A stretch of 64,000 nucleotides of DNA from Anaeramoeba ignava BMAN (taxonomy: Eukaryota; Protista; Anaeramoebae). Position 1 is the first letter of the stretch, and every line of letters starts with the position of its first letter. The position numbers and the translations under genes are program-made. This document shows positions 26,216-44,525 of the stretch, piece after piece. The stretch is from contig JAPDFW010000125.1 of NCBI GenBank assembly GCA_028826165.1, forward strand, positions 310,001 to 374,000, written 5' to 3'. Under the pieces are notes generated by a model. It was given only the letters and a program-made list of their open reading frames with translations, did no database searches and was not told the DNA's origin.

Positions 26216-28737
26216 AATTTGATCTCCTGACATTTCTGATGTAACTCTGTATGCTAAAATGTTAGCAAATTCAACTTTTGTTCCAGTTATTGGTAATTTT
26301 CTTCTTAAACTTTTGAAAGTTGTATCACCCATAATTTGATATTGTTCTTCTAAGGATTGTTGAAATTTTTGTTCCAATTCTTTAATTGCTTGAACAACAT
26401 TAGTTGCAGTACTTTTTTGATCCTTTATTAATAAAATTTATAATATAATTTTATAAATAATTTATTTTATAATTTAATTTATAATTTTATTTTATAAATA
26501 ATTTAATTTATAATTTTAAAATTTATAATTTATAATTTATAATTTAATTATTTACTCCCATATCAATTTCTTGTGTATATTGTTTTTCAATTGTTGATTG
26601 AACATTTCCATCTTCATAATAATGACATTCTACTTTGAGAAATCCATTTAAAGTTGCTTTAGATTTTGAAATACCTTCAAGTTGCCAAATACTTCTCCAT
26701 CTACCATTCCTATATAATAAGAAGAGAAGTAGAGTATTTACATTTTTAATTTAAATTCATTTTCATTTTCATTTTCATTTTAAATTTGATTTAAATTTTA
26801 ATTTGAATTTTGATTTGAATTTGATTTTGAATTTGATTTTGATTTTAAATTTTAATTTGAATTTTATTTTGAATTTGAATTTTAATTTAAATTTTAATTT
26901 GAATTTTGAATTTGAATTTTATTTTGAATTTGAATTTTAATTTAAATTTTAATTTGAATTTTGAATTTGAATTTTAATTCGATTTTGAATTTGATTTTGA
27001 ATTTGAATTTGATTTGGATTTGAATTTGATTTAAATTTTGATTTGAATTTTGATTTAAATTTGAATTTGAATTTTAATTTGAATTTTGATTTAAATTTGA
27101 ATTTGAATTTTGATTTTGAATTTGAATTTGAATTTGAATTTGAATTTAAATTTGAATTTGAATTTTAATTTTAAATTTGATTTTGAATTTTAATTTGAAT
27201 TTTGGATTTGATTTTGAATTTGAATCTGAATTTGAATTTTAATTTGAATTTGAATTTGAATTTGAATTTGAATTTTGATTTTGAATTTTAATTTGAATTT
27301 TAATTTTTGAATTTTCATTTTGATTTTGGATTTGAATTTGAATTTGATTTTGATTTTAAATTTTCATTTTCATTTTCATTTGAATTTGATTTTGAATTTG
27401 AATTTGAATTTTGATTTAAATTTTGATTTTGAATTTGAATTTGAATTTTGATTTAAATTTTGATTTGAATTTTGATTTGAATTTGATTTTAAATTTTGAT
27501 TTGAATTTGATTTGAATTTGATTTTGATTTTGAATTTGAATTTGAATTTGAATTTGAATTTGAATTTTGAATTTGAATTTGAATTTGAATTTGATTTTGA
27601 ATTTGAATTTGATTTTAAATTTGAATTTGAATTTGAATTTGAATTTGAATTTGAATTTGAATTTGAATTTGAATTTGAATTTTGATTTTGATTTTGAATT
27701 TGAATTTGAATTTGAATTTGAATTTTAATTTTGATTTAAAGTTGATTTATTCAATTTTTATTTTTAATTAATTTTTAAAAATACCAGAAATTATCTGGAC
27801 TGAATCTGAAAGCTGAAATACAAATAATAATTTTATCAGGCTTTTCATAAACAGTAACTGTTCCTTGAGGATAATAAGAAATACAATAATCATTAAGCTC
27901 AAAATCAATAGCATCTCTAATATCACTACTTTTCTGTATTTTACCAATATTTCCAGTAAATCTTTTTTCAAGATGATCAAATTCAAAATACTTTCCAAAA
28001 AATTAAAATTAAAATTAGAATTCATTTATAAAATTAAAATTAAAATTAAAATTAAATTTAAAATTAAAATTAAAATTAAAATTAAAATTAAAATTAAAAT
28101 TAGAATGAAAATTAAAATTAAAATTAAAATTAAAATTAAAATTAAAATTAAAATTAAAATTAAAATTAAAATTAAAATTAAAATTAAAATTAAAATTCAT
28201 TTATAAAATTAAAATTAATATTAAAATTAAAATTAAAATTAAAATTAAATTTAAAATTAAAATTCATTTATAAAATTAAGTTGAAAATTAAAATTGAAAT
28301 TAATATAAATACTTTTCCAGAGCGTGGATCAAGATAGTAATTAAAATCAGTCTCAGATTCCCCATAATCCGTTATTAAAACATTATACCCAAGATCAGTT
28401 AGCTCAGCTTCAATCATTTGATCATGATTAAATTGCTTAAAACATGGCAATGCTGCTTGATTAAGTAAATCATCATCTTGAAGACAAACTCTTACATCTT
28501 GAATTATTTGATTATTTTAAAGAGTATCAATGATTAGTTTTTGTTTTTTTCAGTTAGAAAATAAGATGAAAAACAAAACAATTAGATTTTTGATTTTTTT
28601 TTGCTTTTGAAATTTTTTTTTTTTTGCTTTTGAAATGCTTTTTTTTTACCTGTTAAAACTTCACTAAATTCTCCAGGAGGTGAAGAAAGAAGGAAATGGC
28701 TAAGAATTCTTAGTTTTTCTTCTTCTGTTAGTTCCAT
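26213..28737 (-). CDS. CAPZA: F-actin capping protein alpha subunit, 5 exons
   Basis: Motifs FLLSSPPGEFSEV|DVR, PDNF|WNGRWRS.W, KVECHYYEDGNVQ, MGDTTFKSLRRKLPITGTKV. Confidence 0.96.
26750..27740. repeat. Intronic (TTTGAA)n/(TTTGAT)n
   Basis: In CapZ-alpha intron 3. Confidence 0.93.
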
Positions 28738-29005
28738 AAATTTTACTTTGTAAAAAAAAAACAAACACAAAAGTTATTATTAAAAAAAAAGGAAATTTAA
28801 CAATAAAAGAATAACAAAAAATGCAATTAGAAAAAGAAAAAAATGATTTGTGAAATAAAAAAAATAAAATTTTTTAATTTGGTTTTTTTTCAATTAAAAA
28901 AATAAGAAAGAAAATGAAAGTAAAAATTTTTTTATTTTGATTACAAAAGAAAAAAAAATGTTTTTTTTGTTTTAGATTTAAAGAAAAAAAGAAACATGAG
29001 TTAAA

Positions 29006-32000
29006 TCACTTTTCTTCAAGAGAAGAAAGTAATTTTTGATAACTTGGACTTTTTAGGAAACGAGGATAAGAATCCCTTTCCAAAAGTTGTCTTATTGCTT
29101 GTTGAGCTGAATCGAAAATATGTTTTGTGAAAATTTTGGAATGAATTTTTTCTGTGATTGTGTTCCGAATTTCGAAATTGATATTGATCTCAAATTGGGA
29201 TTCGGAAGAAATATAAGTATCATAAATATCTTTTGCAGCTAAAACAAGAAGTTCGTTATCATCTTCATCAAGTGTTTTCATGTTTTGAACCGATACATAA
29301 AACATCAGATTTTCATCGCAGTATTCTGACTTAAGAAACTCCTCAAAAAAGGCGATATATGTCTGGTTCGCGAGGATTTCCGGAAACGGAATGCGTTTTG
29401 TGGTTTCGTTTGGCGACTGAATTAGGACAGCGTGACTTTTCTTTTTGAACACAGTGTATTTTCGTACTTCAAGTGAACTTTTGGCAATTATTTCTTGTGT
29501 CAATTCAGATGTCTCATCGATATTTGTGTTGGAGTTGGCGTTGGCATGTGTGTTGGAATTGGCATTTGCATGAGAGTTGGCATTGCCATTTGGCGGACTT
29601 TGTTGTGCGGACTTTGACAGCTCTGTCCGTTGTTTTTTGCGTTCTTCACGCGCTTTGAGTCTGTGACGAAGAATGTCGAGCTCTTCGTTTTTGAGTTGTT
29701 CCTCGCGATTGAGAATGACCCACATTTCTTCGAGAATAGTCTGGAATAAAAGGTCCACATTTTGAGCCTTTTTGGCACTAGTTTCGATAAAGGGACATTT
29801 TAGTTTTTCTGCAAGCATTTGGCCGTCTGTCATTGTCACCTGTCTGTTTGGGGTGTCAATGCCAAGAGCAGTAAGGACAACTGGGAAGGAACGACCTTTG
29901 ATCTCTTTGATTTTCTTGAAATAGACGTCCTCGATCTGCTGGAAGCTTTGGTCTTTGGAGTGCGAGCAGTTGTAAGCAAGAATAAAGCCATCGCTTGATT
30001 GGATCCACTTGTAGATGAGGCCCGAGAGATGGTAAGAACCGGATGTATCGAGGATTTTGAGGAGGACTTGGTCGCCGTGGAAGGGAACGAGCTTCTTGAA
30101 ACAGGAGGAGAGGATTGCGGAGTAGTTTGTGGAGAAGGAGTTTGATGTGAATCTGTGAGCGAGCTGAGTCTTCCCAGCGCGCGAAGGGCCTAAAAGAGCG
30201 ACTCGGAAAATTTTTGATTTTGGAATTGAATGGAGAATGTTTTTGCGGTTGAATTCAGAAGGCGGTGAAAGTAATCGAGACTGGTTATTTGGGGTTTGGT
30301 TTTTTGTGTTGTTTGAAGAATAGAGGGGTTCGAGGATCTTTTCGCAAGCGGATTGGTGATAAATTCTTGCGAGATCGAGCGCAGTATGGGATTCCGAGTC
30401 GACACGAGTGTAAGATGCACCTCTTTTAAGAAGAACACGAACACACACGGGGTGGCCGTTCTTGGCGCTCTCATGAAGAGGCGTTGAGTTATTGATGTCG
30501 GTTGCGTTGATGTAGGATTCAAACTCGAGAAGAAGTTTGATGCCTTTGAGAAAGCCGTTGGCGGCTGCGCGATGAAGAGGCGTTCTCCTTCGCGAATCAA
30601 CAAGGTTTGGATCAGCGCCTTTCTCAAGAAGAACCGCCATCACATCCGCCAGAAGCGTTGGCCGCTCTGAGATGGAGTAATTGTTAATGCAGTGGTCAAG
30701 TGCGGTGAGCTCGTTGCTGTCTTTTGCTGAGATTTCCGCACCGAAATCGCAAAGAAGAACAACAGCCTCAATCGTTTCTTTCTGCGCGGTGAAGAGCATG
30801 TGGAGCGGAGTCATTCCGTTGGCGTTGCGGGCATTGACCAACTCGGGCATCTCGTCTTTCTGCAGAAGCCACGAAAGAACCTCTGCTTTTCCCGATTGTG
30901 CTGCGTAATGAAGAACAGTGTTATTTGTTTGCGGCTCGCACATTTTTGACAGCATCCGAAGCGCCTTCTGTTTCTTTTGGAGCTGCTTCAGATCGCCCTT
31001 CTGGAGAATGTTTTTGATCTTCTCCGGTATGTTTGCGTTTTTCTCGTTTGTTTTCTCGTTTGTGATCTCGCTATTTGGTGAAAATGCATCTTGTCCTGAC
31101 ATTGTGGGACTGACTGGCGAGCTTGTTTGCAGGAAGAGTGTGCTTCGCGGACTCCGTTTCTCTTTTGGACTCCGTGTTTTTGTGTCCCAAGCAGCAAACG
31201 TTGTGTGTCTCATTCCTTGTATTTTTGACAGCGAAATTTTTTCCTCATTTCCGTTATTTTTATTTTTTTCCTCATTTCCGTTATTTTTATTTTTTCCCGA
31301 AATTATGTTTATTGATGTGTTGTCACCAAATCTCGGATCCACAAGACTATTCCCCATTTGCGTTGTTGATCGGTTGCGCGTGACAAGCTGCGAAGTCTTT
31401 TGTCTCAGCGAGCTTGCCTTTGATGTGTTCGGTGATGTTTCTACTGCCTTGATAGAAATGGCGATCGGCTTAGTTGTTGTTGTTTTTGGCTTGTTCGGTC
31501 GCGGTGATAATCCCGTGATCGCAATGGAGGATGTTGTTGTTGTGTTTCCCGTGTTCGATTCTTCCTGATCCACGGCAGTTGGATCTGTTGGAACACGCGC
31601 AAGTCGCTCGAAATGTTGGAATGATTTCTTCTCGAGAATTGAGTTGATTTTTCGGTTGCTGCGTTTTGAGTTTGAATATTCATCAGGAGAACCTCTCAAA
31701 TTAAGGATCAACTTCTCCTCAATTTTTTCTCGAAGAGACAAAAGGGAATTGAGAACATTGCTATTTTTTTCATTTGCAAAATCACTTTCGGGAAAGGGAG
31801 ACTCGATCAAAGAAGAATTAACCGAAAGCATTTCAAGAAAGGCCTCAATAGAAGCAACGGTGGATCCATTTGCATCCCAATAAACCTTTTGCAGGGTTTT
31901 GTTTTTCTTGAGCATGTCGCAGAGTGTGCGGATGCCTTGCTCTTGGATAAAATTCCCTTCGATATTCAGAACCTTGATTGTCTTATTGAAAACAAGTGAT

Positions 32001-34136
32001 TTCAAGCTCGGCACAAGATACTCACCAAGGCATCTGTTGCGCGAACCCTTCATGCAGATTTCGGTTATTGATGTCGTCGTGCTTACCAACGCTGAGAGCT
32101 TCTTTCCCACAAGCGACAATTTCTTTTTGTCTTCGTTTTCCCCCAAATTATTCGAAATTGACAGCCGTTGAAGATGCGAATTTTGACACAATATGTCGAT
32201 TATCTCCGTAACTCCTTCAGCTCCAAATGCGTTATCGTCAATGTGCAGTTTGACTAACTGCTTGCAATCAGGAAGATATTTGCAAAGTATTTTCGCCCCT
32301 TTCTCCCCAAGCGAATTCCCACTCGCATAAAGCGCAAATTGAGTTTTGCTTTTGCGTGCAACGTGCTCAAAAATTTTTGCGAATTCTTCCACTTTGATTC
32401 CTGTTTGTGAGATGTTCAAATGTCGCAAAGAATCCGATCCAATCACAAATTTCACAAGTTTTTCTGCAGACTCAGGTTTTTCAAGCCTATTCCCTGAAAT
32501 GTCCAGTGCCCGCACAAATTTTTTCAGTTTATTCTCAAGAACCGACAAAAAAGGCTCAAGATCCAAATTGGTGTTTCCAAAAAACAAAGAGATCGGGATA
32601 TTTTCTGTTCGTTTATTTGCCATTTTTTCAAGAACTTTCACAACCGTTTTTGTTCCTGATTTCCCAATTTCATTATGGCCTAAATCAAGGCAGGAGAGCT
32701 GCGGGAAGAGCGAATCATTTGCCTTCAACTTGTTCATCATTGATCCAAGTGTTTTACTATTTATCATGCAATTGTTCAATTTCAGAACTTTCAACGTTCC
32801 CAATTTCCCAGCAGCTTCTGCGATCAATGCAGCTGATTTTGTCTTGAGTTTGTGTCCCAAAATCTCCAGAGTTTCCAGCGCTAATTTTGTGTTCTTAATC
32901 ATTGCTTGTCCCAATTCACTGAATCCTGTTGTGCATCCTGTATTTTGGATCACTATTATCTTCATCGCTGTGTTTGTCTCAACTGCATTTGCAAGAAGTT
33001 TGATTGTTTCCTTTCTTTGTGGTCCTTCAATGCGGATCTCTGTGAACCACTGTGTATATTTTAATGTTTCAAATAAGGGTCGCAAATCAAATGATGATCC
33101 TCCATTTTCCATTTTACTAAAATCTTGTATTGTTATTCTACGTGTTTTACTGTTTGCAAGATCGTTTAGAAATTTAAGAAATGTTGGTGGACTTGGTAAA
33201 TTGAGATTACTAGCGATTGCTTGATAGATTTCAGATAAATTTTTTCCTGAATTAATTTGTTCTAAAGGATAATTAATTTAATTTAATATTTTAATTTAAT
33301 TTAATATTTAATTTAATATTTAATTTAATATTTAATTTAATATTTAATTTTACCTTGTTGACTCTTTTGTATTTTTTCAACAACTTCTAATATTCTTTCT
33401 TGTCTTTTTTCTGGTGACACTATAAATTTCAATGAGTCAATGCGTGGATGTGCATCTTTAATTAAATTAAATTGTCCATATATTTGTTCGATAATTTTAT
33501 CTGATTCTGTTGATTGTATTTCAATTTTAGAATTTGTAAAAATAAAAGTAACCTATTAAAACCAATTTAAAAAATAAAATTGAATATTTTTACAAAATTA
33601 ATTTGAATTTAATTTAGATAAAATAAATTATTGAAATGGTGAAAAAAAAAAATTTTTTTTCTCTTTGATTTGATTTGAATATAAATTTGAATTTAAATTT
33701 GATTTAATTGAATTTGAATTTGAATTTGAATTTGATCAAATAAACACATATTTAAAACTTAAAAAATTTTGTTTTTGATTTTGTTTTTGTTTGGAAATTG
33801 ATTTACATGAAGATTATCAACTGAAGTTATTCCAATTAGATCAAAAAAATGATTCTTTTTGCCAATTGATATTTTAGATTCATCACTTTCTGCTATAAAA
33901 ATACCTGAATGTGTTAAAATAAGGATCTGTATTATTTTTTTTGATTTTGATTTTGATTTTGATTTTTTCTGAATTTGAACAGAATAAGTATTAATTAATT
34001 CTTCTTGTTGAATTGAAAGAATTTGATTTATAGTTTCTGTTTAAAATTTATTTATTGTTTTAATAATTTATTTATTGTTTTAATAATTTGTTGTTTTTTT
34101 GTTGTTTTTTTTATTATTTTGTTTATTACCTTCCAT
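29006..34136 (-). CDS. ~1560-aa multidomain protein: CARMIL-like PH + LRR, ankyrin repeats, degenerate Ras-like domain, C-terminal RGS domain
   Basis: Exons 34136-34130, 34036-33807, 33552-33354, 33261-29006. CARMIL-like DLRPLFETLKYTQWFT and RNI-type LRRs. Ankyrins TVLHYAA, TPLHML, TPLHRAA, TPLHESA. G-domain GPSRAGKT/DTSGS/ETSAK. RGS FEEFLKSEYCDENLMFY..EININ..FDSAQ..LLERDSYPRFLKS. Confidence 0.88.
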
Positions 34137-34620
34137 AACTTTATTTAAAAATTAAAAGTTGAAAAAAAAAAAATAAAAGAAAAAAAGAAATTTAATTTAT
34201 ATTGTAAAAAAATTTAAAAAATCAAATGATAAATTTGTAAAAAAAGAATTAAAAGAAAGGAGATAAAAAGAAGAATAAGAAAAAATGAAAATTTAAATTT
34301 TGAAAAATTCAAAAAACAAAAAAAAAATAATTTTTATTTTCAATAACATTTTAAGTAAAGAATTCTTTTAAAAAAAATGAATAGAATTGATCTTTATGAC
34401 TTTTGATTTGTTTTTCTTTTTATTTTCTTTTATTTTTCTTTTAGAATTTCTTTGGAGTTTTTATTATTTTTTTATTAAAAACTAAAAAGATCAAATTAGA
34501 AAATCAAAAAAGAAATTATTTTTTTTTGATCTTTTCTCCTTTTTATTTTTTTTTTTCACTTTTCCCCTTTTTATTTTTATTTTTTTTTTTTTTTCATTTT
34601 TTTTCAATTTTTTCTTTATT

Positions 34621-37600
34621 ATGTCAGAAAAAATTTCTTTTATTTCTCCTAAAAATGTTTATAATATAATTAAACAAACTGAAAATAAGTAAAAATTTTT
34701 ATTTCTCAAAACAAAAGAATTTCATAAAAAGAAAATCAAATTTTTTGAACAATTTTTGAAAAAAAAAAATGAATCTATTAAAAATCATTTATTTGCAGAT
34801 TAATTATCGTTTATTTGGGAGTATATTGGATTCAACAATTAAATTTATCAATGGAAGCAATATTATCAATAAAAGATGATGATGTTTTAACTTGTATTAT
34901 AAATGAAGAAGAATATGTACAAAATTATAAATAAAATTATAAATAAAATTATAAATAAAATTATAAATAAAATTATAAATAAATTATAAATTAAATTATA
35001 AATAAAATTATAAATTAAATTATAAATTAAATTATAAATTAATTTATAAATTAAAATATAAATAAAATTATAAATAAAATTATAAATAAAATTATAAATT
35101 AAATTATAAATAAAATTATAAATTAAATTATAAATTAAATTATAAATTAACATATAAATTAAAATTATAAATAAAATTATAAATAAAATTATAAATAAAA
35201 TTATAAATTAAATTATAAATAAAATTATAAATTAAATTATAAATTAAATTATAAATAAAATTATAAATAAAAATTATAAATTAAATTATAAATTAAATTA
35301 TAAAATAAAATTATAAATAAAATTATAAATAAAATTATAAATAAAAAATTATAAAATAAAATTATAAATAAAAATTATAAATAAAAAATTATAAATTAAA
35401 TTATAAATAAAAATTATAAATAAAATTATAAATAAAATTATAAATAAAATTATAAACAAAAATTATAAATAAAAATTATAAATAAAATAAAATTATAAAT
35501 TAAATTATAAATTAAATTATAAATTAAATTATAAATAAAATTATAAACAAAATTATAAATTAAATTATAAATTAAATTATAAATAAAATTATAAATAAAA
35601 TTATAAATAAAAATTATAAATAAAATTATAAATAAAATTATAAATTAAATTATAAATAAAAATTATAAATTAAAATTATAAATTAAATTATAAATAAATT
35701 ATAAATAAAATTATAAATAAAAATTATAAATAAAATTATAAATAAAATTATAAAATAAAATTATAAATTAAATTATAAATAAAATTATAAATTAAATTAT
35801 AAATTAAATTATAAATTAATTTATAAATTAAACATAAATAAAATATAAATTAAATTATAAATTAAATTATAAATTAAATTATAAATTAAATTATAAATTA
35901 AATTATAAATTAAAATTATAAATTAAAATTATAAATTAAAATTATAAATTAAATTATAAATAAAAATTATAAATAAAATTATAAATTAAAATTATAAATA
36001 AAATTATAAATAAAATTATAAATTAAAATTATAAATAAAATTATAAATAAAATTCTATAAAATAAATTATAAAAATAAAATTATAAATAAAATTATAAAT
36101 AAAATTATAAATAAAATTATAAAATAAAATTATAAATAAAATTATAAATAAAAATATAAACAAAAATATAAATAAAATTATAAATAAAAATTATAAATTA
36201 AAATTATAAATAAAATATAAATAAAATTATAAATTAAATTATAAATTAAAATTATAAATTAAATTATAAATTAAATTATAAATTAAAATTATAAATAAAA
36301 TTATAAATAAAAATTATAAATAAAATTATAAATAAAATTATAAATAAAATTATAAATAAAATTATAAATTAAATTAATTATAAATAAAATTATAAATTAA
36401 ATTATAAATTAAATTATAAATTAAATTATAAAATTAAATTAAAATTATAAATTAAATTATAAATTAAAATTATAAATAAAATTATAAATTAAATTATAAA
36501 TAAAATTATAAATAAAAATTATAACTAAATTATAAATTAAATTATAAATTAAATTATAAATTAAATTATAAATTAAATTATAAATAAAAATTATAAATAA
36601 AATTATAAATAAAAATTATAAATTAAAATTATAAATAAAATTATAAATAAAATTATAAATAAAATTATAAAATAAAATTATAAATAAAATTATAAATAAA
36701 ATTATAAATAAAATTATAAATAAAATTATAAATAAAATTATAAATAAAATTATAAATAAAATTATAAATAAAATTATAAATAAAATTATAAAAATTATAA
36801 AAATTAATTTATAAATTAAAATTATAAATAAAAAATAAATAAAATTATAAATAAAATTATAAATAAAATTATAAATAAAATTATAAATAAAATTATAAAT
36901 AAAATTATAAATAAAATTATAAATTAAATTATAAATTAAATTATAAATTAAATTATAAATAAAATTATAAATTAAATTATAAATTAAATTATAAATTAAA
37001 TTATAAATAAAATTATAAATAAAATTATAAATAAAATTATAAATAAAATTATAAATAAAATTATAAATTAAATTATAAATAAAATTATAAATTAAATTAT
37101 AAATTAAATTATAAATTAAATTATAAATAAAAATTATAAATTAAATTATAAATTAAATTATAAAATAAAATTATAAATAAAATTATAAATAAAATTATAA
37201 ATTAAATTATAAATTAAAATTAAACAAAACACAAATAAAATTATAAGTTAAATTATAAATAAAATTATAAATAAAATTATAAATTAAATTATAAATTAAA
37301 TTATAAATTAAATTATAAATTAAATAATAAATAAAAATTATAAATTAAATTATAAATTAAAATTATAAATAAAAATTATAAATTAAATTATAAATAAAAT
37401 TATAAATAAAATTATAAATTAAATTATAAATTAAATAATAAATAAATTATAAATAAAATTATAAATTAAATTATAAATTAAATTATAAATTAAATTATAA
37501 ATAAAATTATAAATAAAATTATAAATTAAATTATAAATAAAATTATAAATAAAATTATAAATTAAAATATAAATTAAATTATAAATAAAATTATAAATTA

Positions 37601-38009
37601 AATTATAAATTAAATTATAAATTAAATTATAAATAAAATTATAAATAAAATTATAAATAAAATTATAAATAAAATTATAAATAAAATTATAAATTAAATT
37701 ATAAATTAAATTATAAATTAAATTATAAATTAAATTATAAATTAAATAATAAATTAAATTATAAATAAAATTTAGCTTTCTTATTGCACTCAAGAAAAAA
37801 TTTTATTTGGAACAGGAGTTTTACAACTTTTTTATAATTCAAGTGCATTATATTTCCAAATTAAAGACAAAACCACAACAAAATGGTATTCACCATTAAC
37901 AAAACAAATAATGAAATTGATCAAACAGAAAGCATTTGAAGCAATAAAATCTCAAAATTCAACATTACAAATGGACGATCTGATTGAAGAATCTAAACAA
38001 GAAAAATAA
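34621..38009 (+). CDS. Small (~139 aa) thioredoxin-fold protein resembling a divergent Dim1/TXNL4
   Basis: Exons 34621-34688, 34799-34916, 37776-38009 join in frame: MSEKISFISPKNVYNIIKQTENKLIIVYLGVYW...LQLFYNSSALYFQIKDKTTTKWYSPLTKQIMKLIKQKAFEAIK. The pattern matches Dim1 by eye only. Absent from the ORF track. Confidence 0.6.
34920..37772. repeat. Intronic 12-bp tandem repeat (ATAAAT[A/T]AAATT)n
   Basis: Fills the ~2.86 kb intron 34917-37775. Confidence 0.96.
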
Positions 38010-38178
38010 TTACTTAAAATTTTTTTAAATTTGATCACATTTTATTATTATTCTTTTTGTTAAAAAATAAAACAAAAATTTGCCTAATTTCCAACTTTAT
38101 CTTTTTATCTTTTTTCTCTTTTCTTTTTTCATTTTTTTACTTTTCATTTCTTAATTTTTTAAAACAAAAACACAAAAA

Positions 38179-44265
<6,087 letters not shown>

Positions 44266-44525
44266 AATCTGAAGAAAAACGAGACTTTCTTTTCCATTTA
44301 ATTTCCATTTAATTTTTCATTTCAAATCTTTTTTCATTTTTTTTTCATTTTCTTTCTTTTTTTTTCTTTCTTTTTTCATTTCCAAATTTTTTAATCCAAA
44401 AAAAAAAATTCATTCCAAATTCTCAAAAATTTTGTTTGTTTTGATTTGTTTTGATTTAAATTTTTTGATTTAATTTTTTGTTAAAAAGAAAAAGAAAAAA
44501 AGAAATCAAATTAAAATTTTGTTGC

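Noticed and set aside
31180-31520. CARMIL CPI motif candidates (MRHTTFAAW; LSPRPNKPK)
   Set aside because: Neither fits the LxHxTxxRPK consensus.
30190-33224. Antisense and alternate-frame ORFs over the CARMIL-like exon
   Set aside because: Shadow ORFs of a GC-richer exon, with no recognisable motifs.
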